Source: Chloroflexota bacterium (lineage in GTDB: Bacteria; Chloroflexota; Limnocylindria; Limnocylindrales; CSP1-4). From it: 64,000 bases of DNA. The stretch covers positions 77,605 to 141,604 of the forward strand of contig JAICUI010000001.1 in the NCBI GenBank assembly GCA_025935925.1, in the 5' to 3' direction. Under the pieces are notes generated by a model. It ran no database searches, had not been told where the DNA came from, and worked only from the letters and a program-made list of their open reading frames with translations. Shown here piece after piece: positions 28,998 through 38,358 of this stretch (positions are counted from its first letter, which is position 1; each line of letters starts with the position of its first letter). Both the position numbers and the translations under genes were made by a program.

Positions 28998-30215
28998 CTA
29001 CGAGATCTCGAGGACCTCGTAGTGGAGCTCGCCGCCGGGCGTCAGGATCGTCACCTGGTCGCCGACGCGCCGCCCCATCAGCGCCGCGCCGACGGGGGAC
29101 ACGCTCGAGATCCGTCCCTCGCGCGAGTTCGCCTCGGCGGAGCTGACGACCTGCAGCGTCGTCTCGTCGCCGTCCGCGTTGACGCGGACCCGCGAGCCCA
29201 GCTCGACGAGCGCGCCGCGCTCGGTCGGGGCGACGACGACGGCGATCTTCAGCTTCGCCTCCAGCGCCTTGATCCGGCCTTCGAGGAACCCCTGCTCCTC
29301 GCGCGCGGCGTGGTATTCGGCGTTCTCCTTGAGGTCGCCGTGCTCGCGCGCCGTCGCGATCCGCTTGACGACCTCGGGCCGCTGCGCGACCAGGCCCGCG
29401 AGCTCCGCCTCCAGCCGCTCCATGCCCTCGGGCGACAGGACGATGGGCTCCGCCGCCTTCCGAGGCGACCCTTGGGCGGCGTACGCGGCCGCGGACGCGA
29501 CCCTTCCGACGCCTCGCCCGGGCGCCGGCCGCCGGCCTCGCTTGGCCTCGTCGCGCGCACCGTCGGCCTCGGCGGGCGGCAGCGTCACGATCCGCTGGAC
29601 CGGCCTGGGCTCCGGCGCCTTCACGTCCGGCAGCAGCGGGTTCGCGATCCCCGTCGGCTTCCGGATGCCGGCCGGCGTCCGGAGCGTGGCCCACGGCATC
29701 GCCATCGCGCCGCCGGGAAGCCGCTCCTTCTCGGCCGCCGGAACGCCGGCGGCGAACGCGTCGATCAGCGCGTCCTCGTATTCCTCCGGGGCGTCGGTGG
29801 ACGCCCACCACACGCGGAGCTCGGCGACGTTCCGCAGGAAGTGCAGCCAGAACCCGGTCCACGCCGGCTTCCGATCGCCCGGGACGGTCTTCGCCATGGA
29901 CGACAGGCGCCCGGCGACCGAGCCCGTCGAGCTGCCGACGAGCAGCACCGGCTGCGACGGAAGCCAGAACGCCGCCAGGCGCTGCTGGAGATCGCGGGAC
30001 GTCGGGCGGGTCCCGTCGAGCCGGAGCTCCGGGACGTGCTCGAGCCACTTGCCGATCAGGGCGAGGTCGAGCGGCGGCGTCGGGATCGGCGCGTTCAGCT
30101 CGACGACGAACACGCCGGGCGCCGGATGCCGGATGGGACGGCCCCACGTGGCGGGACCGTCGGGGAGAAGCCCGACCTCGTGGAGGAGGACGGACGCGGT
30201 GCGCGGGTCGGGCAT
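28998..30215 (-). CDS. greA: Transcription elongation factor GreA with a ~250-aa N-terminal extension (GIY-YIG-like domain + basic linker)
   Basis: C-terminal ~150 aa: AREHGDLKENAEYHAAREEQ, ISSVSPVGAALMG, TPGG; no stop between the domains; GGAG RBS at the 5' start. Confidence 0.85.
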   Translation of the reverse strand: MPDPRTASVLLHEVGLLPDGPATWGRPIRHPAPGVFVVELNAPIPTPPLDLALIGKWLEHVPELRLDGTRPTSRDLQQRLAAFWLPSQPVLLVGSSTGSVAGRLSSMAKTVPGDRKPAWTGFWLHFLRNVAELRVWWASTDAPEEYEDALIDAFAAGVPAAEKERLPGGAMAMPWATLRTPAGIRKPTGIANPLLPDVKAPEPRPVQRIVTLPPAEADGARDEAKRGRRPAPGRGVGRVASAAAYAAQGSPRKAAEPIVLSPEGMERLEAELAGLVAQRPEVVKRIATAREHGDLKENAEYHAAREEQGFLEGRIKALEAKLKIAVVVAPTERGALVELGSRVRVNADGDETTLQVVSSAEANSREGRISSVSPVGAALMGRRVGDQVTILTPGGELHYEVLEIS

Positions 30216-30262
30216 GGGTCTCCGGGGCGGATCGGGGTTCGACGCTATCGTTCACACCCATC

Positions 30263-31765
30263 ATGACCTACGACCCGCGCCGGCGCGGCGCCCCGCCCGG
30301 CGCAATCCGACGGGACCACGGCCGGGACCCGCGCGGCCGGGACGCCGGCGGCCTCGGGACGCGCGCGGCGCTCGTGCTCGCCGCGGTGCTGCTGGTCACG
30401 GGGCTCGTCGCGACGGCGGCGCTCGCGGGGTCGGGTGGTCGCAACCCCGCCGCGGCCGGCCCGACGCTGCCGGTCGCCGTCGTCGTGGGGACGCCGTCGC
30501 CCGGGTCGTCGCCGACCGCCACCTCCCCCGCGGCGTCCTCGCCGGACGCAACGTCGACGGCCTCCGACGCCCCGCCGGCGTCGTCCGGCCCGGGCGCCTC
30601 GACCGGCACCGGGCCGTCGGCCTCGCCGGGAGCATCCGCGACGCCGTCGTCGCCCGGTTCGTCGATCCCGTCGGGCAGCCTCCAGGCCAAGCTCGACGCC
30701 GCGCGCGCCCGCCTCCGGATCCCGGGCGTGACCGCGGCGATCCTGTGGGACGACGGGCGCCAGTGGCTCGGCGCCTCGGGGCTGCGCGACGTGGCCGCGA
30801 ACGACCCGATGACGACCGGCACGGCCGTCGGTCTCGCGTCGGTGTCCAAGACGCTCACGGCGGCGGTCGTGCTCCAGCTCATCGACGAGGGACGGCTGCA
30901 GCTGGACCAGCCCGTCGCGCCGCTGCTGCGGGCGTACGGCCTCGACAAGCGGATCACCGTCCGGATGCTGCTCGACCACACGAGCGGCCTGCCCGACTAC
31001 TTCCTCAACGTGAAGATCGATCGGCCGTTGCAGCGGGCGCCCGACGCGACCTGGACCCCCGAGCAGGCGTTCAAGTACGTCCCGAAGGGGCACGCGACGC
31101 CGGGCAAGCGCTGGATCTACTCGAACTCCAACTACCTCCTGCTGGGGGAGCTCGTGCGCCAGGTCACCGGCCGCCCGATCGCCGTGGAGATCCGCGACCG
31201 GCTCCTCGACCCGCTCGGCCTCGAGCAGGCCTGGTACCAGGCCGTCGAGGAGCCGCGGGCCCCGGGCACGATCGCGTACCGCGTGATCGCCGGGTCGAAC
31301 GGCCGGTCGCGGTTCGTGCCCGTCGCGGCGTCGAGCGACGTCATGCCGTTCCGGTCCGTCGTGACCGCCGCCGGAGGCGCGGGGTCGATCGCCGCGACGG
31401 CGCTCGACGCGGCGAAGTGGATGCGTGCGTGGGCGGGCGGCCAGGAGCTGACCCCGGCCCTCGAACAGCAGGTGCTCGCCGACGTCGTCCGCACCCAGCG
31501 GCTCGGGGCCCGCATCCCGTACGGCCTCGGGATCCAGGCGCTGCCGCTGGCCGGCCGGTCCGCGCTCGGCCACTCCGGGCGGTACCTCGGGATCCGCAAC
31601 GTCGTCCGCTACCTGCCGGGCGAGGGCGTCACGATCGCGGTCCTCACCAACCAGTCGGTCGCCGACCCGGCGCGGATCGCGACGGCGCTGCTCAAGGTCA
31701 TCCTGCCGCCGCTGCCCGGACAGCGTGCCGGCGCGAACGCGTCACCGTCGCCCGCGTATCCGTGA
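30263..31765 (+). CDS. Serine hydrolase, beta-lactamase/D-Ala-peptidase-like, membrane-anchored or secreted
   Basis: SxxK (ASVSKT), LLDHTSGL, YSNSNY, GHSG; N-terminal TM and Ser/Pro linker. Confidence 0.9.
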   Translation: MTYDPRRRGAPPGAIRRDHGRDPRGRDAGGLGTRAALVLAAVLLVTGLVATAALAGSGGRNPAAAGPTLPVAVVVGTPSPGSSPTATSPAASSPDATSTASDAPPASSGPGASTGTGPSASPGASATPSSPGSSIPSGSLQAKLDAARARLRIPGVTAAILWDDGRQWLGASGLRDVAANDPMTTGTAVGLASVSKTLTAAVVLQLIDEGRLQLDQPVAPLLRAYGLDKRITVRMLLDHTSGLPDYFLNVKIDRPLQRAPDATWTPEQAFKYVPKGHATPGKRWIYSNSNYLLLGELVRQVTGRPIAVEIRDRLLDPLGLEQAWYQAVEEPRAPGTIAYRVIAGSNGRSRFVPVAASSDVMPFRSVVTAAGGAGSIAATALDAAKWMRAWAGGQELTPALEQQVLADVVRTQRLGARIPYGLGIQALPLAGRSALGHSGRYLGIRNVVRYLPGEGVTIAVLTNQSVADPARIATALLKVILPPLPGQRAGANASPSPAYP

Positions 31766-31841
31766 TCGAGCGTCGCGGCCGATAGGCGGGCCGCCCGCCG
31801 CGGGTCGCGACCGTGATGCCCGCACGCCGACGCTCGGGCCG

Positions 31842-32618
31842 ATGACGGTCCACATCGGCACCTCCGGCTGGCAGTACCGCGACTGGCGCGGGCCCGTGTA
31901 TCCCGCGGGCATCGCGCAGGCGCGCTGGCTCGAGCACTACGCGACGCTGTTCTCCACGGTCGAGTCCAACGCCGCCTTCTACCGGCTGCCCGAGCGACGC
32001 ACGTTCGAAGCGTGGGCGGCGAGGACGCCGCCGGACTTCCGGATGGCCGTGAAGGCGAGCCGGTATCTGACCCACATCCTCCGGCTCCGCGACCCCGACG
32101 AGCCCGTCGGCCTGCTGGTCGACCACGCGGCGGGGCTCGGCGACAAGCTCGGGCCGATCCTCGTCCAGCTCCCGCCGTCGTTCGAGGCCGAGCCCGAGCG
32201 CCTCGAGGCGACGCTGGCGGCGTTCCCGCGCGATTGGCTGGTGTCGGTCGAGGTCCGCGACGCCTCGTGGGATGCGGACGAGGTGTGCCGGATCCTGCAG
32301 CGTCACGGGGCCGCGCTGTGTCTCGCGGACCGGCGGGGACCGCTCGAGCCGCGCTGGCGCACCGCCGACTGGACCTACCTCCGGTTCCACCAGGGCCGCG
32401 CCACGCCGCGCCCGTGCTACGGCGAGCAGGCGCTGGCGACGTGGGCGCGGCGGCTGCGCGATGGCTGGGGCCGCGACGCCGAGGCGTGGGTGTACTTCAA
32501 CAACGACCACCGCGCGTGTGCGCCGTCGGACGCCCTGCGGTTCGCCGAGCTGTGCGCGGACCTCGGGATGGACGTCGCGCGGACGACGGACCCGGACGCG
32601 GTCACGCGACCGGTCTGA
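31842..32618 (+). CDS. DUF72 family protein
   Basis: IGTSGWQY, VESNAAFYRLP, KASRYLTH, LVQLPP, YLRFH, YFNND. Confidence 0.93.
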   Translation: MTVHIGTSGWQYRDWRGPVYPAGIAQARWLEHYATLFSTVESNAAFYRLPERRTFEAWAARTPPDFRMAVKASRYLTHILRLRDPDEPVGLLVDHAAGLGDKLGPILVQLPPSFEAEPERLEATLAAFPRDWLVSVEVRDASWDADEVCRILQRHGAALCLADRRGPLEPRWRTADWTYLRFHQGRATPRPCYGEQALATWARRLRDGWGRDAEAWVYFNNDHRACAPSDALRFAELCADLGMDVARTTDPDAVTRPV

Positions 32619-32774
32619 CGTCCCTCGATCCGGCTGAGCGTCCGGGTCAACGTGCTCAGCGTCGGGTCAGCGCCGCGTGAGTCGCGGGTCAGCAGCGGCA
32701 CAGCGGGCCGCCGGTCCGGACCGGACGCCGTCCCGCGCCGACTCAGCGCCGGCCCGGCCCGTGTCAGCGGCGGC

Positions 32775-34070
32775 TCAGCGGCGGCCGCCGGCCCTCGCGG
32801 GGCGCCGTCCCGCGCCGTTCGAGCGGCTCCGAGCGACGGGCGCCGCCCCGGCGGCGCCGCGGGGCGCCCGGAGCGGACGCGCCTGCTGGTGCGGGCTGGG
32901 CTCGAATCCCTCCTCGACCTCCCACGGGATCGCGTGCTGCAACAGACGCTGGACGCCGCGCAGCAGGTCGGCCTCGTCGATGCACACGAGGCTGACGGCG
33001 TCGCCCGTCGCGCCGGCCCGTCCGGTGCGCCCGATGCGGTGGACGTAGTCCTCGGGGTTCCACGGCAGCTCGAAGTTCACGACGTGCGGGAGATCCTCGA
33101 TGTCGAGTCCGCGGGCCGCGACGTCGGTCGCGACGAGGACGCGGATCTCGCCGCGCTTGAACGCCTCGAGCGCCTTGGTGCGATCCGACTGCGCGCGATC
33201 GGAGTGGATCGCCGTCGATGCGACGCCGTGCCGGTCGAGCCACGAGGCGAGCCGCGAGGCCGCGAGCTTCGTCCGCGTGAACACGAGCACCTGGTGCCAG
33301 TCGCCCTCGATGACGAGGTGGCGGAGGAGCTCCTCCTTGCGCTCGCGGTCGACGGGGTAGACGAGCTGGCGGACGTTCTCGGCCGCGGTGCCATGGCGGG
33401 CGACCTCGATCGTCACCGGGTCGCGCAGGATGGAGCCCGCGAGGCGCTTGATGTCGTCGGAGAACGTGGCCGAGAACAGCAGCGTCTGCCGCCGGCTGAT
33501 CAGCAGGTCGAGGATCCGGCGGATGTCGGGCATGAACCCCATGTCGAGCATCCGGTCCGCCTCGTCGAGGACGAGGATCTCCACCTGGGCGAGGTTCGCC
33601 GCGCGCTGCCCCACGAGATCGAGCAGGCGGCCCGGCGTGGCGACGAGGATCTCGACGCCCGCGAGGAGCTCCTTGATCTGCGGATCCAGCGGCACGCCGC
33701 CGTAGACGACCGCCGACCGGAGCGCGACGTGGCGGCCGTAGGTCTTGACCGAGTCCGCGACCTGCATCGCGAGCTCACGCGTCGGCGTCAGCACGAGGCA
33801 CCGAACCGGGTGCCGGGCGGGCGAGAACGACGTGTTGGCGTGGGCCTTCAGGCGATCGAGGATCGGCAGCGTGAACGCCGCCGTCTTCCCGGTGCCGGTC
33901 TGCGCCGCGGCGAGGACGTCGCGGCCTTCCAGGACGATGGGGATCGCCCGCTCCTGGACGGGCGTGGGCTCTTCGTATCCCTCTTCCTCGACGGTCCGCA
34001 ACAGGTCCGCCGAGAGCCCGAGGTCTTCAAAACGCAAGGGTGTCTCTGTGTTCTCTCCATCGGGCCGCAT
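32775..34070 (-). CDS. rhlE: DEAD-box RNA helicase (RhlE-like)
   Basis: [65 protein letters not shown] insert typical of RhlE-like proteins. Confidence 0.88.
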   Translation of the reverse strand: MRPDGENTETPLRFEDLGLSADLLRTVEEEGYEEPTPVQERAIPIVLEGRDVLAAAQTGTGKTAAFTLPILDRLKAHANTSFSPARHPVRCLVLTPTRELAMQVADSVKTYGRHVALRSAVVYGGVPLDPQIKELLAGVEILVATPGRLLDLVGQRAANLAQVEILVLDEADRMLDMGFMPDIRRILDLLISRRQTLLFSATFSDDIKRLAGSILRDPVTIEVARHGTAAENVRQLVYPVDRERKEELLRHLVIEGDWHQVLVFTRTKLAASRLASWLDRHGVASTAIHSDRAQSDRTKALEAFKRGEIRVLVATDVAARGLDIEDLPHVVNFELPWNPEDYVHRIGRTGRAGATGDAVSLVCIDEADLLRGVQRLLQHAIPWEVEEGFEPSPHQQARPLRAPRGAAGAAPVARSRSNGAGRRPARAGGRR

Positions 34071-34178
34071 GGGCGGCGACCCTCGCTGGTGCTGTCGTCG
34101 TCCGACGCGGCGCCCTCGCGGGTGGGCGGGGGCGGCGGCGACCGCCGGACGGGCGCGAGTTTACGCGAAAATCGACGG

Positions 34179-34682
34179 ATGGGCGCACAGGGCACGCGGG
34201 CGATCGACGTGGCGAGACGCGCGGGCATCGAATTTCGCGTGCATGAATATGCGCATGACGCACGGTCGTCGCTGCGGGAGGGCGGACGCGGCTACGCGCT
34301 CGAGGCCGTCGAGGCCCTCGGGCTCGCGGCCGATCGCGTGTTCAAGACGATCGTGGCGACCGTCGACGGGCGGCTCGCGCTCGCCGTCGTCCCGGCCGAC
34401 GCGGAGGTCGACCTGAAGGCCGTGGCCGACGCGCTGGGCGGCCGCAGGGCGGCGATCGCGCCACCCGCCGAGGTGGAGAAGGCGACCGGGTACGTGCTCG
34501 GAGGCATCTCACCCCTCGGGACGCGGCGGTCGATGCCGGTGGTCCTCGACGTCTCCGCCGCGGCCTTCCCGACGATCCACGTGTCGGCGGGGCGTCGTGG
34601 GCTGGAGATCGAGCTCGCGGCGGCTGACCTCGTCCGGCTCACGGGCGGGCGGCTCGCAGGGGTGGCGCGGCGGGACGGCTGA
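34179..34682 (+). CDS. ybaK: Cys-tRNA(Pro) deacylase
   Basis: HEYAHD, RVFKTIV, TGYVLGGISPLG, VSAGRRGLEIEL. Confidence 0.92.
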   Translation: MGAQGTRAIDVARRAGIEFRVHEYAHDARSSLREGGRGYALEAVEALGLAADRVFKTIVATVDGRLALAVVPADAEVDLKAVADALGGRRAAIAPPAEVEKATGYVLGGISPLGTRRSMPVVLDVSAAAFPTIHVSAGRRGLEIELAAADLVRLTGGRLAGVARRDG

Positions 34683-34807
34683 TCGGCCGGGCAGCCCCGG
34701 CCGCACCGCCCCAGCGCCGGACGCGCGTGGCGCCCAGCCCGGGGCCGCAACGCCCAGCGCCGCGTTCACGAGGCGACCCCGGGCGCTCCGCCCAGCGCCG
34801 CGGGTGG

Positions 34808-34949
34808 CACCCAGCGGCTCGAATGCGCGCCGCGGCCCCATCCGTGTCGATCAGTGACGCACTTGCACGCTGGCGGCTTGCGATCGGCGACGCTTGTCGC
34901 GCTGAGCGGCGCATCCGACGCGGCCACCGCGCACCCCGGCCGCTGAGCG
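34808..34949. repeat. 142-bp palindromic intergenic element, copy 1 (MITE/REP-cluster-like)
   Basis: Starts CACCCAGCGGCTCG, ends GCCGCTGAGCG; same length and termini as 50792-50933. Confidence 0.55.
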
Positions 34950-35237
34950 CTTCGGACGGTGGGTCGCATCACGACGATCCACGTGAAGGCCATCAACGAC
35001 CGCATGCCGGCCACCGCTGTCCGCCGGCCGCCGGGTATCGGGAACGACGTCCCGCCCGGAGCCGCCCCGCGGCTCGTCTGCGCGGCGCGTGCACCGATCG
35101 AGCCGGTCGCCGGCCAGGGCGTCACGGGTGGCGCCGCACAGCGCCCGGCTGGTTCGCCTCGCGACCCGATCGTCGCGTGGACCGCGCACAGCAGCCGCTC
35201 GGCGTCCCAATGCGCCCGCGCGGCCCGGCACGGCCCG

Positions 35238-35290
35238 GCGCCGCGACCCGCGGCGCGACCCGCCGCGCCGCGACCCGCCGCGCACCGCCA
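35238..35290. repeat. Short degenerate tandem repeat (CGCGACCCGC x3)
   Basis: ccgcgacccgcggcgcgacccgccgcgccgcgacccgccg. Confidence 0.5.
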
Positions 35291-35297
35291 CCGCCGC

Positions 35298-36125
35298 CTA
35301 GCCCGAGATCTCCGCGCGCTCCGTCCAGATCGCCGCGACCGCGAGCGACGCCACGAGCCACGCCGCGACCACCACGATCGCCGTCTGCGGATCGAGCGAC
35401 GCCCCGAACCCTCCGCCGCCGCCCGCGCCACCCCCGCCGCCGCCCAGCGAGCTGCCCCCGGTGAACACCGCGCTCGACGCCGCGAACGGGAACCACTTGA
35501 TGAGGTCCGGCGCGAACACGCCGGCGATCCCCTCGGCGAAGAACACACCGATCCCCACGCCGATGCCCGCGAGCTGGCTGCGAGCCACGGTGGCGATCGC
35601 AAACCCCAACGCAGCGTTCATCGCCATCGCGAGGCCGGCGCGTCCGAACAGCTCGGGCAGTCGGAGGAGCGCGTCGCGGTCGCCCAGGCCGTTCAGGCCG
35701 ATGCCGCTGATGGTCGCGCCCAGCATCGAGATCAGGAGCCCCGCAAGGAACGCGAGGACGATCCCGATCCACGTGTAGATCGCGACCGACGCGTAGTTGA
35801 GCAGCGTGAACGCGATCCGTGACTCCCCGCGCGCGACCGCCGCCTTCAGCGTTCCCCAGCCCCACTCCGAGCCGGCGATCGCGGCGCCGTACGTCACGGC
35901 GAGCAGCCCCCCGATGCCCATGACCATCGAAAGGATCAGCTCGTACGCCCCGGGGAAGGTCAGGAACAGCGTCCCCGCGAGCTTCGCCTCCGGATCGCTC
36001 GCCGACCGGCTCGCGACGGTCACGAGCAGGATGATCAGCGCGAGCAGGCCGACGAGGAGCAGCAGCGTCACCCAGCTCGCCGGCCGGCGGCGCAGCTTCC
36101 CGAGGTTCGAGCGCAGGAGCCTCAT
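35298..36125 (-). CDS. ABC-2 type permease
   Basis: AGSEWGWGTLKAAVARG; multiple TM; ATGA overlap with the ATPase gene. Confidence 0.88.
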   Translation of the reverse strand: MRLLRSNLGKLRRRPASWVTLLLLVGLLALIILLVTVASRSASDPEAKLAGTLFLTFPGAYELILSMVMGIGGLLAVTYGAAIAGSEWGWGTLKAAVARGESRIAFTLLNYASVAIYTWIGIVLAFLAGLLISMLGATISGIGLNGLGDRDALLRLPELFGRAGLAMAMNAALGFAIATVARSQLAGIGVGIGVFFAEGIAGVFAPDLIKWFPFAASSAVFTGGSSLGGGGGGAGGGGGFGASLDPQTAIVVVAAWLVASLAVAAIWTERAEISG

Positions 36126-37126
36126 GCCTGCCACCGCGGCCCGTCCGGTGCCGCGCCTCCGGACGCCGCAGACCCCGCCGCCCCGCCGAGGTCCGGGGAC
36201 GTCCCCGTGAGCTCGAGAAAGAGCGCCTCGAGCGTCGTCCCCACCTCGATCCGCGACGCGTACACGCCGGCGCCGGCCAGCGACCGGTTCAGCTCGGCCG
36301 CGCGCTCGGGGTCGATGCGGACGTCGAGCCAGCCCGCCTCCGGACCGTGCTCGACGGTGACCGCGCCCGCGCCCGCGACCGCCTCGAGAGCCGGCCCCGC
36401 CGTCGGCACCTGGTCGGGCGCGACGCGGACGCGGACGGTGCCCTCGGCCCGGAGCAGGTCCTCGATCGGCCCCTCCCGCACGAGCCTGCCCTGCGCAACG
36501 ATGCCCACCACGTCCGCGAGCTGCTGGACCTCCCAGAGGATGTGGCTCGACACGAACACCGTCTTGCCGGCCGCCGCGAGCGCCCGGAGCGTGTCGCGCA
36601 TCCCCGCGATGCCCGCGGGATCAAGGCCGTTCGCGGGCTCGTCGAGCAGCAGCAGCCGGGGATCGGACAGCAGCGCGCCCGCGATGCCCAGCCGCTGCTT
36701 CATGCCCAGCGAGTAGCCCGACACCTTGTCGCCTGCGCGGTCCTGCAGGTTCACGAGGCTGAGCAGCTCGTCCACGCGGGAGCGCGACGTCGGTGCGCCG
36801 GTCGCCGCGAGCGCCCGCAGGTTCTCGCGACCCGACAGGAACGGGTAGAACGACGGCGACTCGATGAGCGCGCCGACCTCGAACAGCCGGCGCCGATCGC
36901 CCCGCCCGAACGGCCGGCCGAGCACCTCGACGCGCCCGGCGTCGGGACGGATGAGCCCGGTGAGGATGCGCATGGTGGTGGTCTTGCCTGCACCGTTCGG
37001 CCCGAGGAAGCCGTACACGACCCCCGTCGGCACGCGCAGGTCCAGCCCGTCGAGCGCGACGCGCGGCCCGTACCGCTTCGCCAGCCCCTGGGTCGCGAGC
37101 GCCACGCCATCCGCCGATTCCGACAC
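36122..37126 (-). CDS. ABC ATP-binding protein (BcrA-like)
   Basis: GFLGPNGAGKTT, YSLGMKQRLG, LDEPANGLD, SSH; GGGAGG RBS before GTG. Confidence 0.92.
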   Translation of the reverse strand: MSESADGVALATQGLAKRYGPRVALDGLDLRVPTGVVYGFLGPNGAGKTTTMRILTGLIRPDAGRVEVLGRPFGRGDRRRLFEVGALIESPSFYPFLSGRENLRALAATGAPTSRSRVDELLSLVNLQDRAGDKVSGYSLGMKQRLGIAGALLSDPRLLLLDEPANGLDPAGIAGMRDTLRALAAAGKTVFVSSHILWEVQQLADVVGIVAQGRLVREGPIEDLLRAEGTVRVRVAPDQVPTAGPALEAVAGAGAVTVEHGPEAGWLDVRIDPERAAELNRSLAGAGVYASRIEVGTTLEALFLELTGTSPDLGGAAGSAASGGAAPDGPRWQA

Positions 37127-37240
37127 GCAACCCCTCCCGTGACCGGAACGGCGCCGAGGCCCCCGGTGCGTCGCCACAACGATACCGCCCCGACCGGCAT
37201 GGCCCGAATGGGCAGGGTGACACACGACTGTTACACCTGC

Positions 37241-37506
37241 CATACTCCCTGCGACCCCCAGGTCACGACCCGAACGCAGACAGGCCCACAACCGAAGAGC
37301 CGTCGCCACGGCAGGCACCTGTCGACACTTCGGGCGGATCGCCGCCCGGCCCCGATCGCGCCGCAGCGCCCTTCCCCAGACCCTCGGCCGGGTGTGCTTG
37401 CCTCGCGCTCCTCGCGCCCAGCCCCCGTCCTCGCCGTCGACGGCACCCAGTCCACCGTCTCCGCGGGCCCCATCCGCGGTGTTCCGGCAGAGAGGAGGCA
37501 CGACGG
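37241..37506 (+). promoter_or_regulatory. Putative promoter (-10 CATACT) and long structured 5' leader
   Basis: CATACT at 37241; nested stems 37269-37334 with a competing hairpin 37331-37348; AGGAGG RBS before TTG 37507. Confidence 0.35.
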
Positions 37507-38355
37507 TTGCCCGACCATGACCGCGGCGCCCAGCGGGCGTCATCCAGGAAGATCCGGTCGCTGTTGACCGGGGTCTTCGCCGCTCTCTTGGTCGTGACCG
37601 CGACGCACGCCACGGCACCGGAGGCCGCGGCGGCGACTCGCAAGGTCGTCATCGTCGTCGGTCCCGTGGGGTCGGCCACCACGAACTACCGTGACAACGC
37701 GAAGCTGCTCGCCTCCCAGGCGCGGAGCTACGGCGCATCCGTCGTCACGCTGTTCAGCCCCTATGCCACCTGGTCGCGCGTCAAGGACGCCGCGCACGGG
37801 GCGAACGTCCTCATCTACCTCGGCCATGGCAACGGCTGGCCCAGCCCGTACGCCCCGTTCTCGACCACCTCGAAGGACGGCATGGGGCTCAATGCCACGT
37901 ACGGCAACGGCAACAGCAACACCAAGTACTTCGGCGAGTACTACATGGCGCGGCTCGGGCTGGCGGCGAACGCCGTCGTGATCCTCAACCGCCTGTGCTA
38001 CGCGTCCGGCAACAACGAGTGGGGGGCCGGGAACCCCACCCGTGCGACCGCGATCAAGCGGGTCGACAACTTCGGCTACGGGTTCCTGCATGGGGGCGCG
38101 AAGGCCGTCTTCGCGAGCGGGATCACGAGCGTCGGGTACGTCCTGCGCGGCCTGTTCAAGGGGTCCTCGTCGATGACGATGGCCCAGCTCTTCTGGTCCG
38201 ACCCGAAGGCGACGCGGACCTACCGCTTCTCGTTCTCCGGCATCCGGACGGCCGGCACGTCGGCGCAGATGGATCCGTATGCCGCGAACCGCTACTACCG
38301 GTCGGTGATCGGGTTCCTCGGCACCACCGTGGGGGCGTGGCGCTCGGGCAGCTGA
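37507..38355 (+). CDS. Secreted protein, candidate clan CD (caspase/gingipain-fold) cysteine peptidase
   Basis: AGGAGG RBS; signal peptide; VLIYLGHGNG and VVILNRLCYASG His/Cys motifs. Confidence 0.6.
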   Translation: MPDHDRGAQRASSRKIRSLLTGVFAALLVVTATHATAPEAAAATRKVVIVVGPVGSATTNYRDNAKLLASQARSYGASVVTLFSPYATWSRVKDAAHGANVLIYLGHGNGWPSPYAPFSTTSKDGMGLNATYGNGNSNTKYFGEYYMARLGLAANAVVILNRLCYASGNNEWGAGNPTRATAIKRVDNFGYGFLHGGAKAVFASGITSVGYVLRGLFKGSSSMTMAQLFWSDPKATRTYRFSFSGIRTAGTSAQMDPYAANRYYRSVIGFLGTTVGAWRSGS

Positions 38356-38358
38356 GCG

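Noticed and set aside
30263..31765. Bona fide beta-lactam resistance gene
   Set aside because: The motifs fit the broad serine-hydrolase family; activity cannot be inferred from them.
32620..32780. Cluster of TCAGCG/CTGAGCG words between DUF72 and the helicase
   Set aside because: Irregular spacing and no clear terminal inverted repeat. It may be a decayed relative of the 142-bp element, but I cannot support that.
37255..37350. Glycine, SAM, c-di-AMP or c-di-GMP riboswitch
   Set aside because: Only fragments (CCGAAG, CAGG) resemble the glycine aptamer. The core consensus of each class is missing, so it is kept only as an unclassified candidate.
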